Source: Candidatus Heimdallarchaeota archaeon B3_Heim
GTDB lineage: Archaea; Asgardarchaeota; Heimdallarchaeia; Hodarchaeales; Hodarchaeaceae
Assembly (NCBI GenBank): GCA_003144275.1
Contig: NJBF01000014.1
Coordinates: 1 to 32,000 of the forward strand
Length of the DNA: 32,000 nt
Direction of reading: 5' to 3'
Shown here piece after piece: positions 1 to 10,400 of this stretch (positions are counted from its first letter, which is position 1; each line of letters begins with the position of its first letter). Made by a program: the position numbers and the translations under genes. The notes under the pieces are model-generated. The model was not told where the DNA came from. It saw nothing but the letters and a program-made list of their open reading frames with translations, and did no database searches.

Positions 1-108
1 CTTTTTAAGCAGTCCGCAAAACAACGGGACGATAACAGGACTAAAAAGTGGAATGATTGCGATGTTGACAAAATTCTTTACGAAGATAGGAAAATAGATG
101 CCGTCTAA
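1..108 (+). CDS. 3' end of a small hypothetical ORF, possibly phage-derived (partial, runs off the window)
   Basis: Frame 1 is open from base 1 to TAA at 106-108 (LFKQSAKQRDDNRTKKWNDCDVDKILYEDRKIDAV). It overlaps the ATG at 98 by 11 nt, an operon-like coupling. Confidence 0.35.
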   Translation, partial: LFKQSAKQRDDNRTKKWNDCDVDKILYEDRKIDAV

Positions 109-368
109 CGAACAAATCGCAATTCCATCAATGCACGAAGGCATCAGTGCAGATATCCCCGAAGATTCCGGAGGACAGGAGTATAATCCTACTCCGGAAC
201 AGAAAAAACTCATCAAGTTTCTAGAAAAACGTTTCGATAAATGGAGACGATATAGGAATAATTACGACTACAATTGGTTAGATGATTACCGAGTGTTCAG
301 GGGTAGACAGTGGTCCGAACCGCGTCTATCCTACCGTCATGCCGAAGTAATAAATTTGGTTTTTCAAA
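98..368 (+). pseudogene. Putative phage portal protein N-terminal fragment, truncated at a junction near 352-368
   Basis: FLEKRFDKWRRYRNNYDYNWLDDYRVFRGRQWSEPRLSYRHAEVINLVFQ matches the W..D..F..G.QW...R....N pattern I recognise from N-termini of P22-like portals. After VINLVFQ the frame (to 514) is merely antisense of the next gene. Confidence 0.5.
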
Positions 369-968
369 TTCCTTCATGTCCTCAACCACGTATACATCAA
401 TTTGAGCCTTCAATTTCCGAATCCATAATAAATCTGAGTCAGCGATTAAAGAGACGCGTTCTTCATATCCATATCTGTGAACCATTTCAAAAAGAAACTG
501 TTCGGCCGGCTTAGAGCTTCCAAAGATGTATGTGACATCTTTTCGGGCATTGACCTTACCGCGGTATTTATTTATCGGAGATTTTATCATCATCCTGATC
601 AAAATTGTTACAATTCCAATAATAGCAGCAGCCCAACGAATGACTTCAGGACTAGTTAAAGACTTAATCATCCACGACTGATACTTACCTACATCAGTGG
701 AACTATCAAGGATAACCATTAATAATGGTACAAAAATGAGGAAAAAAATAAGTACAAGTATTATAAGACCAAGCACTATTGAGAGAAGAATAAAGAGATC
801 TGTCATTGGAATGAAATACTTTATTTCTCTATACACGACTCTTCGAATATATTTCAGATCTGCACGAACAGCAGTTAAATTGAATTTCAGTTGACGTAAA
901 TTATCTGATAATGATCTTTTTTTTGTTGTAAGGGGTGTAGATTTTACATCAGTTTTAGTAGCAGTCAT
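297..968 (-). CDS. Membrane protein with 2 hydrophobic helices and the start of an RCK/TrkA-N-like Rossmann domain; C-terminus appears truncated
   Basis: Hydrophobic runs LFILLSIVLGLIILVLIFFLIFVPLLMVIL and WAAAIIGIVTILI, then VTYIFGSSKPAEQFLFEM..VSLIADSD..VYVVED (beta-alpha-beta, RCK-like). A GGTGA Shine-Dalgarno precedes the ATG at 968, preferred over the ORF-track start at 983. Confidence 0.6.
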   Translation of the reverse strand: MTATKTDVKSTPLTTKKRSLSDNLRQLKFNLTAVRADLKYIRRVVYREIKYFIPMTDLFILLSIVLGLIILVLIFFLIFVPLLMVILDSSTDVGKYQSWMIKSLTSPEVIRWAAAIIGIVTILIRMMIKSPINKYRGKVNARKDVTYIFGSSKPAEQFLFEMVHRYGYEERVSLIADSDLLWIRKLKAQIDVYVVEDMKEFEKPNLLLRHDGRIDAVRTTVYP

Positions 969-972
969 TGTT

Positions 973-1200
973 TCACCTAACATTGATTGAATCGTCTTTT
1001 TTTAAGGATGAGGGCGGTTTACCATCTCTCCATTCGAGCTCGTGCTTGAGGAGATCACGAATAGCCATACGTATTGCTTCAGATCGGGAGCTATAAACCC
1101 CTCCTCTAACTAATTCATCTAAATCCTCCAGAAAAGATTTAGGAGCTTTAAAACTAATTAACTTCACAAACTTCACATCTGTATTAGTTATTAATTGCAT
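973..1200 (-). CDS. Ribbon-helix-helix (CopG/Arc/MetJ) transcription regulator, CdrS-like
   Basis: VKLISFKAPKSFLEDLDELVRGGVYSSRSEAIRMAIRDLL is a classic RHH (beta-strand, helix, G.Y.SRSEAIR.AIR helix). The real start is probably GTG at 1167. Confidence 0.85.
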   Translation of the reverse strand: MQLITNTDVKFVKLISFKAPKSFLEDLDELVRGGVYSSRSEAIRMAIRDLLKHELEWRDGKPPSSLKKDDSINVR

Positions 1201-1524
1201 TGAATCAGTTAGAACTCATTATTTGTGGAGTTAACCACTCTGAATTAATTAATAAACAAGAACTAGACCCGATTCGAGTAATAAAAATCGCGAATATAGA
1301 GGTTAATATTGTTAGCTCAAATATCATTGATATCATGAAAGGTCATTTTCACAGCAATCGCAAACTTGTTTGTGTTTTTGGATTAAGGTTGATATTTCAT
1401 TCACGCTGATACATAATATGCCCTTGAATCGAATTTTTGTGTATTCCTAGTGAAAGGAAAAACTGAAAAGTACTGAAATTCTATATTAAGTACTTCAATA
1501 CAATCTGACCCCAAGGTGTGTGAG

Positions 1525-1926
1525 ATGGCCAATTCATTCGACGATGTGAACACAGAAGTAAACGCGATTAAAACAAATGTTCGACAAGCCTTTAAAAAAG
1601 TAGAACCTTTGATTTCTCAATTAGATACACTAATTAAGGAAAAAAATGTTTTCAAACAACAGGTTGATGAGATACAAAGAAAATATGACGATTTGGGCAA
1701 CGAATTGTCTGAACTACAAAAGAAGCTTAGCGAGCAAAAGGTGGAATTTGAATCCCAGAAACAGACAAATGAAAATCGTCTCGTTTCATTACAACGTGAG
1801 GTCGATCTTTTAACCTTAGATAAGAAGAAGCTTTCAGAAAAAACAAAGACGCAAGATGAAAAAATAACCACGCTGGAATCTCAGAAAGAGGAATTACTTC
1901 AATCTCTCCGCGATCGCAGCAGCTAA
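1525..1926 (+). CDS. Small all-coiled-coil protein
   Basis: Continuous heptad pattern rich in E/K/Q/L with almost no Gly/Pro. AAGGTG SD lies before the ATG at 1525 (ORF track starts at GTG 1516). Confidence 0.75.
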   Translation: MANSFDDVNTEVNAIKTNVRQAFKKVEPLISQLDTLIKEKNVFKQQVDEIQRKYDDLGNELSELQKKLSEQKVEFESQKQTNENRLVSLQREVDLLTLDKKKLSEKTKTQDEKITTLESQKEELLQSLRDRSS

Positions 1927-1956
1927 ATTAAATCTGGCTTATCTGAGTCAAATACG

Positions 1957-2694
1957 TTGAAAATAGCTATAATTTCTGATATTCACGGAAATTTAGAAGC
2001 TCTAAATTCTGTTATCAACAATTTTAAAATCCATGGTAATATGGATCACATTGTGTGTCTTGGAGATATCGTGGGCTATTATGCAAATCCCGTAGAATGT
2101 ATTGATATCATCAAAAAACGATGTGACATTATAATTCAAGGTAATCATGATTCAGCTATAACTGCTATAAATTTTGAGAAGAGAATAAAGTGGTTCAATG
2201 ACACGGCGGCCAGTTCGCTAAGGTGGACTCGGAAACAATTATTACAAGAAGATAATAAAGACCAGTATCAATTTTTGAGAAAATTGAGAGGGAAAAAATC
2301 ACTTTCAATTAAAAAAAATGAATTTCTGTTCGTGCATGGAACTCCTGACAAGAAATGGGAATATTTTTTGTTTCCTTATTGGAATAATGAACCCTTGGAC
2401 GAACAAAAGGTCAAATTAGACAAGTGGCTTGATCAATGGAATCTAGTAGCAATGGGACATACACACTGGGCTTTCCAATATGAAAAAAATAACCGTTATG
2501 TGATTAACCCTGGTAGTGTAGGCCAACCTAGAGATGAAAATCCTAACGCAAGTTATTGTATAGTAGAAGTCTCAGAAACACGGTTAAAAGTTGAGAATTT
2601 TCGAGTAAAATATGAAATCGAAAAGACGTGTGAAGCGTTGAAACTGGCAAACCTTGGTGAATCCTTGTGTAGTCGGCTATTTCTTGGACAATAA
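1957..2694 (+). CDS. Calcineurin-like metallophosphoesterase (YfcE/PrpA-like, possible Ser/Thr or nucleotide phosphatase)
   Basis: All motifs present: SDIHGN, LGDIVGY, GNHD, VHG, GHTH, NPGSVGQPRD. Confidence 0.92.
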   Translation: MKIAIISDIHGNLEALNSVINNFKIHGNMDHIVCLGDIVGYYANPVECIDIIKKRCDIIIQGNHDSAITAINFEKRIKWFNDTAASSLRWTRKQLLQEDNKDQYQFLRKLRGKKSLSIKKNEFLFVHGTPDKKWEYFLFPYWNNEPLDEQKVKLDKWLDQWNLVAMGHTHWAFQYEKNNRYVINPGSVGQPRDENPNASYCIVEVSETRLKVENFRVKYEIEKTCEALKLANLGESLCSRLFLGQ

Positions 2695-2945
2695 TCTGTT
2701 AATTTTCTTCTATAATCAGTAAATAATAACATCTATGGATTATAGTCATGTAAATAAGTAAAATTTGTTTTGAGAACATTTCTACTGATTAAATTGCCAT
2801 AGAAAGGGATGAATTCTAATAAGAAGATTTAAATAGGGAGCTCTTCAAAGAATAATTGAGTTAAATTTAATTTTTACTCATTACAATAACAATACACAAT
2901 GATTTTGTGTATCGTTTCATTTTTCGGAACCATCGGTGTTAAATT

Positions 2946-4967
2946 TTGTCAAGCGAATATGATGCAAGTAGTATACAGGTTTTAGAAGGCCTTGAAGCGG
3001 TTCGTCGCCGTCCTGCTATGTATATTGGAAGTATAGATGAAAATGGGCTCCATCATCTGGTTTGGGAAATTGTTGACAATTCAGTGGATGAAGCCATGGC
3101 TGATGTTTGTGACAATATTATTGTGATATTAAGTCAAACAGAGCATGGACAAGAATCGATAACCGTTCAGGATAATGGTAGGGGAATTCCTACTGAAATT
3201 CATCCACATTACAACATATCTTCTTTAGAACTAGTAACAACTCGATTGCATTCTGGAGGGAAATTTGACCATGAGTCGTACAAAGTTAGCGGTGGACTTC
3301 ATGGGGTCGGGATTGCTGTTGTGAATGCATTATCTCGGTGGATGCAAGTAAAAGTAAAAAGAAATAACCGGGTACAAATGCAAGAGTATGTTAGGGGTGA
3401 AACAATATCCCATGGAGTGATCAGTGTTGAGGAGGAATGGGATCATGAAAGTGGAACCTATATTACTTTTATCCCAGACCCTGAAATCTTCGAAGTAACT
3501 AGGGTAGATGTTGTTACTATCCGAAATCGCTTACGGGAATTAGCTTTCTTAAATAAAGGTCTAACAATTACACTTATAGATGAAAGAAAACATGACCTTC
3601 CTATTTCTGAGTCACAAAGTGATTTAGGAGAAAATGAGACACAAACACAGTCTGAAACTACAGAAGATTTGGGTAGTGAATCGCCAGTTAACAAATGGAT
3701 TTATCATTTCGATGGAGGGATAAAAGCATATGTCGATCAACTTGCGGTAACTCGTATTCATGATGATATTCCTTATTTTGATGTGAATGTAGAGAAAATG
3801 CAGGTAGAAGTAGCACTTGTTTATGACCGTTCTGAAAGAGATTTGATTAATACCTTTACCAATAATATTAATACAAGACACGGGGGAACACATTTATCAG
3901 GTTTCAAATCCGGATTAACACGAGCGTTAAATGCCTATGTTTTGAAAAATGAACAATTAATTCGGAATCCACATTTGAAGAAGGGATTAAAAGAAAAAAG
4001 ATCTATTTTTACTGGAAACGATGTCCGTGAAGGTCTAGTTGCGGTGGTTTCTGTGAAAATCATGAACCCTCAATTTGAAGGGCAAACTAAAAGCAAATTA
4101 GGAAACAGTGAGGTCAAGGGAGTGGTAGAGAGCTGTGTGTATGAAAATGTACTCAAATTTCTTGATGAACACCCTGAAAGTTCTCGGAGTATCATAGAAA
4201 AGTGTGAAGCGGCCGCTACCCTGCGTATGAAGTTTCGGCAAATTCGTGAGGCAGTTAGAAAAACGCAAGGAAAGGGTTCAGGAAAATTAGTAGATTGTGC
4301 TGTTTCAGATCCTGCGAAACGGGAAATCTTTTTGGTTGAAGGAGATTCCGCTGGTGGAAGTGCTATTGAAGGTCGATTTAGTGAATTTCAAGCCATTCTA
4401 CCATTACGTGGTAAAGTTATTAACGTTGAAAAGGCTCGATTAGAGAAAGCAATGAAAAACAAGGAAATACTTGAGATTATACGAGCAATTGGAGCAGGGT
4501 ATAAAGAAAATTTCCGGATTGAGAAAGTACGTTATCATAAAATTGTTTTATTAATGGATGCAGACATTGATGGTCATCATATCATTTGTCTTCTTTTAAC
4601 ATTCTTCTTCAGATATATGCCTGAATTAATCGACGAAGGATATCTTTATATTGCACAGCCTCCGTTATTTCGAGTTAAAAAGGGAAATAAAGAAGTATAC
4701 GTTGTTTCGGAACAAGAAAGAGATGAAATTATACAATCGTGGGGAGGAAAAACGGAAATAAGCCGATTTAAAGGCCTTGGAGAGATGAATCCAATTCAAC
4801 TTCGTGAAACCGTAATGGATCCAGAGAAAAGAATTCTGCTTCAGGTTACTCGAAAGAATCTCATTGATGCTGAACGAATGTTTGTCACACTGATGGGTGA
4901 AGAAGTGGCACCTAGACGTGAGTTCATTGAAGCTCACGCTTTAGAAGTGGAGAATTTAGATATATAG
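2946..4967 (+). CDS. gyrB: DNA gyrase subunit B
   Basis: YDASSIQVLEGLEAVRRRPAMYIG, EIVDNSVDE, DNGRGIP, SGGLHGVG (GHKL); EGDSAGG, PLRGKVINVEKA, DADIDG (TOPRIM); RFKGLGEMNP. Confidence 0.97.
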   Translation: MSSEYDASSIQVLEGLEAVRRRPAMYIGSIDENGLHHLVWEIVDNSVDEAMADVCDNIIVILSQTEHGQESITVQDNGRGIPTEIHPHYNISSLELVTTRLHSGGKFDHESYKVSGGLHGVGIAVVNALSRWMQVKVKRNNRVQMQEYVRGETISHGVISVEEEWDHESGTYITFIPDPEIFEVTRVDVVTIRNRLRELAFLNKGLTITLIDERKHDLPISESQSDLGENETQTQSETTEDLGSESPVNKWIYHFDGGIKAYVDQLAVTRIHDDIPYFDVNVEKMQVEVALVYDRSERDLINTFTNNINTRHGGTHLSGFKSGLTRALNAYVLKNEQLIRNPHLKKGLKEKRSIFTGNDVREGLVAVVSVKIMNPQFEGQTKSKLGNSEVKGVVESCVYENVLKFLDEHPESSRSIIEKCEAAATLRMKFRQIREAVRKTQGKGSGKLVDCAVSDPAKREIFLVEGDSAGGSAIEGRFSEFQAILPLRGKVINVEKARLEKAMKNKEILEIIRAIGAGYKENFRIEKVRYHKIVLLMDADIDGHHIICLLLTFFFRYMPELIDEGYLYIAQPPLFRVKKGNKEVYVVSEQERDEIIQSWGGKTEISRFKGLGEMNPIQLRETVMDPEKRILLQVTRKNLIDAERMFVTLMGEEVAPRREFIEAHALEVENLDI

Positions 4968-4989
4968 CAAATAGAGGGATGAATTTAAG

Positions 4990-7497
4990 ATGAGTAGCAA
5001 TATTAAGATTACACCTATTGAAAAAACTATGGCCAAGAGTTATTTGGAGTATTCAATGTCTGTTATAACAAGCAGAGCGCTTCCCCACGTGAGGGACGGT
5101 TTGAAACCTGTTCATAGACGAATTTTGTGGGCAATGTATAATTTAGGATTAACTCATAACCGACCACCGAGGAAATGTGCTCGAACTATTGGAGAAACGA
5201 GTGCAAAATATCATCCTCACGGAGGAAATTCGGTTTATGACGCGTTGGTTAGAATGGCTCAACCTTTTTCTCTCAGATATCCCTTAATTCAGGGTCAAGG
5301 TAACTTTGGAAGTATGGATGGACAACCCGCTGCAGCAATGCGTTATACTGAAGCCAGAATGGCTGAGATCTCTAATGAAATTCTTATGGACATCAATAAA
5401 AATACTGTTGATCTTGTAGACAATTTTGACGGGTTGGATAAAGAGCCAGTTATTCTTCCTGCAAAGATTCCTAATCTTCTTGTTAATGGAGTTATGGGGA
5501 TAGCTGTTGGAATGGCAACCTCTATGCCCCCTCATAATTTAGGGGAAGTCTTAGATGGAGTTAAAGCCGTAATTGAGGATCCAGAAATTTCCATAGTAGA
5601 TTTAATGAAATATATTCCAGGCCCCGATTTTCCCACGGGAGGAGTAATTTTCGGCACCAAGGGGATCAAGCGAGCTTATCACACAGGAACAGGTAATGTA
5701 GTACTTAGAGCAAAATATGAATTTGAAGAGAAAAAAAATAAAACTAGTATTGTAATAACAGAAGTTCCTTATCTCGTAAAACGACAGGATACAATAGAAC
5801 ATCGCGGTTTAGTTGATATAATTGAGCGAATGAAAGAAGCAGGTAAATTCCCAGAAATTGGAAGTGTTAAGAATGAATCCAACATCATTCGGGGTACAAG
5901 AATTGTCATCAATCTGAAACACTCAGCCAACATCGAAGTTGTGTTGAATCGCTTGTTTAAATTTACTCCTATGCAAATCTCGTTTTCCATCAGAAATATG
6001 GTTCTTGTAGATGCAAAGGTGGGTGATGAGGTCAAAATTCGCCCGAAAAATTTAAACTTAAAAGAACTCCTAACTCAATTCATTGATCACAGACATGAGA
6101 TAATCGTACGTAGAACAGAATTTGATCTAAAAAAAGCCCGCGAAAGAGCTCATATATTAGAAGGAAGAAAAATTGTTGTTGAAAATCTTGATGAAGTAAT
6201 TAAAATCATTAGAGGATCAAGTAATGGATCTGAAGCCCAAACTGCTTTGATTAGTAAATTTTTGTTTTCCGAGATCCAAGCGAAAGACATTCTCGCATTA
6301 CCACTCAGGAGCTTAACACGATTTGACAGGGACAAAATTCTCCAAGAGTACAAAGAAACTCTAGAAGCAATTAAGGATTATGAAGATATATTGGGGAGTG
6401 AACAACGTATCATAGACATAATAGTTACTGAAATTGATGAAATTAAATCCAAATATGGAGACCCAAGAAGATCAAATATTGTCCTTGATGACTCAGATAG
6501 CTATGAAAATTGGACTGACAAAACAGAAGAAGATTTCATCACGAAAGAGGATATTGTTATCACTTTAACATCTAATGGTTATATTAAGTCGATATCCACC
6601 GATATGTACAATTCCCAACATCGTGGGGGTAAAGGTATTAAGTCAATGGATATAGGAAAAGACGATTTCTTACAGGAAATGATCGTTGCCTCAACTCACG
6701 ACACAATTTTGTTCTTCACAGTTCATGGTACTGTCTATCGTTTTCGCGGATTTCAGATTCCGATGTCTAAACAACGGGTTACAAAAGGAGTGAATATTGT
6801 AAATCTTCTCAAAATGGATAGAAGTGATAAAATCGTTGCCATCATCCGTGTTACTGAATTCAATCCAGATCACTATCTGGTTTTAGCAACTAAAAATGGA
6901 ATAATTAAGAAGTCTTCTTTGTCTGAATATGAAAATATCCGTTCTACTGGGATTATTGCACAAAAACTACGCGATAATGATATGATCATTGGAGCTAAAG
7001 TTACTGATGGCACTAAAGGTATCATCCTTGCCACGAAAAAGGGAAAAGCGATTCGGTTCAAAGAATCTGATGTACGAGTTGTGGGTAGGAGTAGTATCGG
7101 GGTAATGGGAATACGACTCAATTCAGACGATTCTGTTATAGATTTAGCTATTGTGGATGAAAATAGGACTCTTTTGACCATATGTGAGAATGGCTATGGT
7201 AAACGATCTACATTTGATAAATATCGAATTACAAGGCGAAATGGAAAAGGAGTTATTAATATCAAAGCAACTAAACGAAATGGCGATGTGATTGCTGTAA
7301 AAAGTGTAAACGAAAAGGATTTACTTTTAATGGTTGCGAATGATGGGAAATTAATTCAAATACCACTTGAAGATATACGGGCGATTGGTCGTGCAACTTC
7401 TGGAGTAACTTTGATGCGTTTAGAGAAAGATAGTGGGGTAAAAATTTCATCTGTTGCAATAATAGCAGGTGGTAATTCTAACCAGGGAGTTGATTGA
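4990..7497 (+). CDS. gyrA: DNA gyrase subunit A
   Basis: RDGLKPVHRR, KYHPHG, catalytic AAMRYTEAR (Tyr119 at 5344-5346), GyrA-box QHRGGKG (6616-6636) and beta-pinwheel repeats (e.g. GRSSIGVMGIRL, GRATSGVTLMRL). The GyrA-box marks gyrase rather than ParC. Confidence 0.97.
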   Translation: MSSNIKITPIEKTMAKSYLEYSMSVITSRALPHVRDGLKPVHRRILWAMYNLGLTHNRPPRKCARTIGETSAKYHPHGGNSVYDALVRMAQPFSLRYPLIQGQGNFGSMDGQPAAAMRYTEARMAEISNEILMDINKNTVDLVDNFDGLDKEPVILPAKIPNLLVNGVMGIAVGMATSMPPHNLGEVLDGVKAVIEDPEISIVDLMKYIPGPDFPTGGVIFGTKGIKRAYHTGTGNVVLRAKYEFEEKKNKTSIVITEVPYLVKRQDTIEHRGLVDIIERMKEAGKFPEIGSVKNESNIIRGTRIVINLKHSANIEVVLNRLFKFTPMQISFSIRNMVLVDAKVGDEVKIRPKNLNLKELLTQFIDHRHEIIVRRTEFDLKKARERAHILEGRKIVVENLDEVIKIIRGSSNGSEAQTALISKFLFSEIQAKDILALPLRSLTRFDRDKILQEYKETLEAIKDYEDILGSEQRIIDIIVTEIDEIKSKYGDPRRSNIVLDDSDSYENWTDKTEEDFITKEDIVITLTSNGYIKSISTDMYNSQHRGGKGIKSMDIGKDDFLQEMIVASTHDTILFFTVHGTVYRFRGFQIPMSKQRVTKGVNIVNLLKMDRSDKIVAIIRVTEFNPDHYLVLATKNGIIKKSSLSEYENIRSTGIIAQKLRDNDMIIGAKVTDGTKGIILATKKGKAIRFKESDVRVVGRSSIGVMGIRLNSDDSVIDLAIVDENRTLLTICENGYGKRSTFDKYRITRRNGKGVINIKATKRNGDVIAVKSVNEKDLLLMVANDGKLIQIPLEDIRAIGRATSGVTLMRLEKDSGVKISSVAIIAGGNSNQGVD

Positions 7498-10400
7498 AGG
7501 TGCCTGCTTCAAAACCGTCTAAAAAAACTATTAATAGTGAAAAGGTTGTAAGAAGATCCGCAGCGGATTTTTTCCAAGATAATAAAGCTATAGCGGGTTT
7601 CGATAATAGTATGAGGGTTGTTTTTACCAGTGTTCGTGAATTAGTAGAAAACGGTCTGGATGCAGCAGAACGAATGGGTCATTTGCCAGAACTCCATGTA
7701 ACCATCAAGAAATTGCAGAAAGAAGAAATTGCTAGATTGTTAAACGTTAAGTCGTTTGAATCCTCAGAAAAACTCGATTTTCTACGATTAACAGTAAGAG
7801 ATAACGGGAGTGGGATACAGTGTGAATTTATTCCACCTCTATTTGGCCGTGTTTTAACAGGCAGTAATTATGGATCTCGACAATCTCGTGGACGATTTGG
7901 CCTTGGGGCGAAAATGGTATTGTTAAACGCAATGTCTTCTGTGGATTTACCCTTGATAATCAAATCTAAATACATTGATGAAGATTTTACAAGTTATCAC
8001 GAATTAATGATTAATCTTGCTGAGAATGAACCAATAATTCTCGCTCAACGAGAAATCCCCCAAAATACAACAGAAGCAATCATTGAGTCTGGCACAGAGG
8101 TTTCTGTTACCTTTACTGGAGCTTGGAATCTTGCCTCCCGATATATCTATGAATATTTCTCCCAATTAGCAATGATTACCCCATATGCAAGTTTATATAT
8201 CCAATATCCTGACTCAGAGGCACCAATTGAATTAGAACGTGTTGTCGAGGAGATGCCAGCATATCCTCGCATTGCTAAGGTTCATCCATGGGGGACCGAT
8301 ATAACTCAATTCAAAAGAGAATTGAATGTTACTCGCAGTGATACAATGGAAATTTTTCTCCAAGATCATTTCCAAGGGATGGGTCCAAAAACAGCACGCG
8401 ATTTTCTAGACTTTGTTAAAATTGATTATCAAACAAATCCAAAAAAGCTTAGTGCCAGTTCAATTCGGAGAATTATCCACGAAGGCTTTACAGTACCCGA
8501 CCGGGACAAAACCAAGAAAAAAGATCGAAAGTACTTTCCATTCAAACGACCTAGTGGAGATTCATTATCACCTCTTAGCTGGGAATTACTAGAGAAGGGT
8601 ATCATCAAAGAATTGTCTCCTCAATTTGCAAAAGCAACATCTGGAGAAGTTTCAGCATATGCTGGTCATCCATTTATAGTAGAGGCAGCATTGGCATATG
8701 GTGGTCCAAATCTTTCAAAGGAAGAAGGCTCTAGAGGAGCTAATCCAAAGATATATCGTTTCGCAAACAGAATCCCCTTACTTTTTGGTGCAGGGAATGA
8801 TATTATATCAAAATGCGTTCAAAAGATGAATTGGAAGAATTATAAAATTAATATTAACAAGGCACCAATAGCCATTGTCGTTTCGGTTGTATCCTCTAAA
8901 ATTCCTTTCCCCGAGACCAGTAAGGAATATATTGCCGATGTTGATGAGTTAAGAGTTGAAATACTACGTGTATTGAAGAAACTAGCAAGAGGATTAGGAC
9001 AACATCTGGGGAGAGCTGAACGAGAAAGAAGAGAGAGACAAAGACAATCGCGATTTGAAAGTGCAGCTCCTCGAGTCATACAAAATCTTTCACAAATCTT
9101 AATTTCAGAACATTCACCATATCTCTTAACATCGGGAGAAGAGATATCCAAGTTACAAAAGGCACTTGCCTCTGCTATTCCACGATTAGTAAGAAGAGCT
9201 TATCCTCCTAGTCCACAGATTTCTACTATCGGTGAATGGCTTCCAATGGATATTCACCTGAAGCTTGTTGAAAATAATATACAAACTATATATCAATTTT
9301 TACGAACACCTTTTCCTGAATTAAACAGTATCACAGGTATGTCTGTAGAAAGAATAGATGCTATTGTTAGAAAGACGGTTACAAAACAAGAACAAACATA
9401 TCGTTCTCCAATTGTTAGGGAGTTTGAATTCTTTTCTAAGGAAATTGAGAGGGATTTTTCAAAGTACAGAAACAGTAACACAATTCATAAGTCATTAAAT
9501 AAACGATGGATTGTAAATGCATTTGATTTTTTCTCTACCCCTACATCCCAATTACGAGAAGTAGAGGAATTTCCAGAAAAACTACTCTATGAAACTAAGG
9601 TAAAAGCAATTAGTGAATTTTTGGATTCTACTTCCGATGACACTTTTCGTCTTGGATTACTTCCCTGGTTAACTGGAGACATTGAAAAAAGATTTAAAAA
9701 TGCAAAAATAAATAACATTTTAGAATATCTTGTAATATTCCCAGAAAAGATCTCTTCTATTCCAAAATTGGCGATTCGTCTTATTGAGAGTGCCAAAGAA
9801 GAAATTCGAGAAGGAGTGGAAGGAGGGTATATTGATCCAGAAAAAGTAATCGGAGCATCGACTTTTGATTGGATGGATTATCGTGTAACACCAAAATTGC
9901 GAGGAAGAAAGATCTCCAAAATTAAAGAGTTCCTTAATTCGCCTTCAGAAAAGTTAGCTGAACTAAATGAATTAATTGATAACTTGATAATTAAATCCAA
10001 AAATAATTTGAAGGAATCTTTTCACACGTATAATGATAATACTTCATTATTCAGAATACCTGGTATTCAAGAATCGATGATATCCGATTTGGAACGACTC
10101 GATATTCACGGGTTTATAGATTTTCTCTTAACGAATGAGAAGGACTTACTCATTGTCCGTGGACTGATTGATGCCCTAATACTCATCAAACAAGATGAGA
10201 TTCTTGATGAAATTAATGCAACTTTTGATCCTGTTCCAATTAAAAATGCTTTTTGGCTTGATTTGGAACTGGAGAAGATTCTCTTAAAAAAAGGCATTTC
10301 AACAATCTTTGATTTTATTAGCCATCCAACCACGGAATTACGGAAAATAAAGGGGATAGATTCCATGGTATTAAAGACAATTAAAAAAACCTACGGAACA

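Noticed and set aside
369-514. C-terminal part of the 138-aa ORF 98..514 as real protein
   Set aside because: It is the antisense of the RCK-like gene and loses protein-like character after VINLVFQ.
1200-1409. 69-aa + strand ORF
   Set aside because: No motif; it lies in the divergent promoter region and abuts the RHH start; probably chance.
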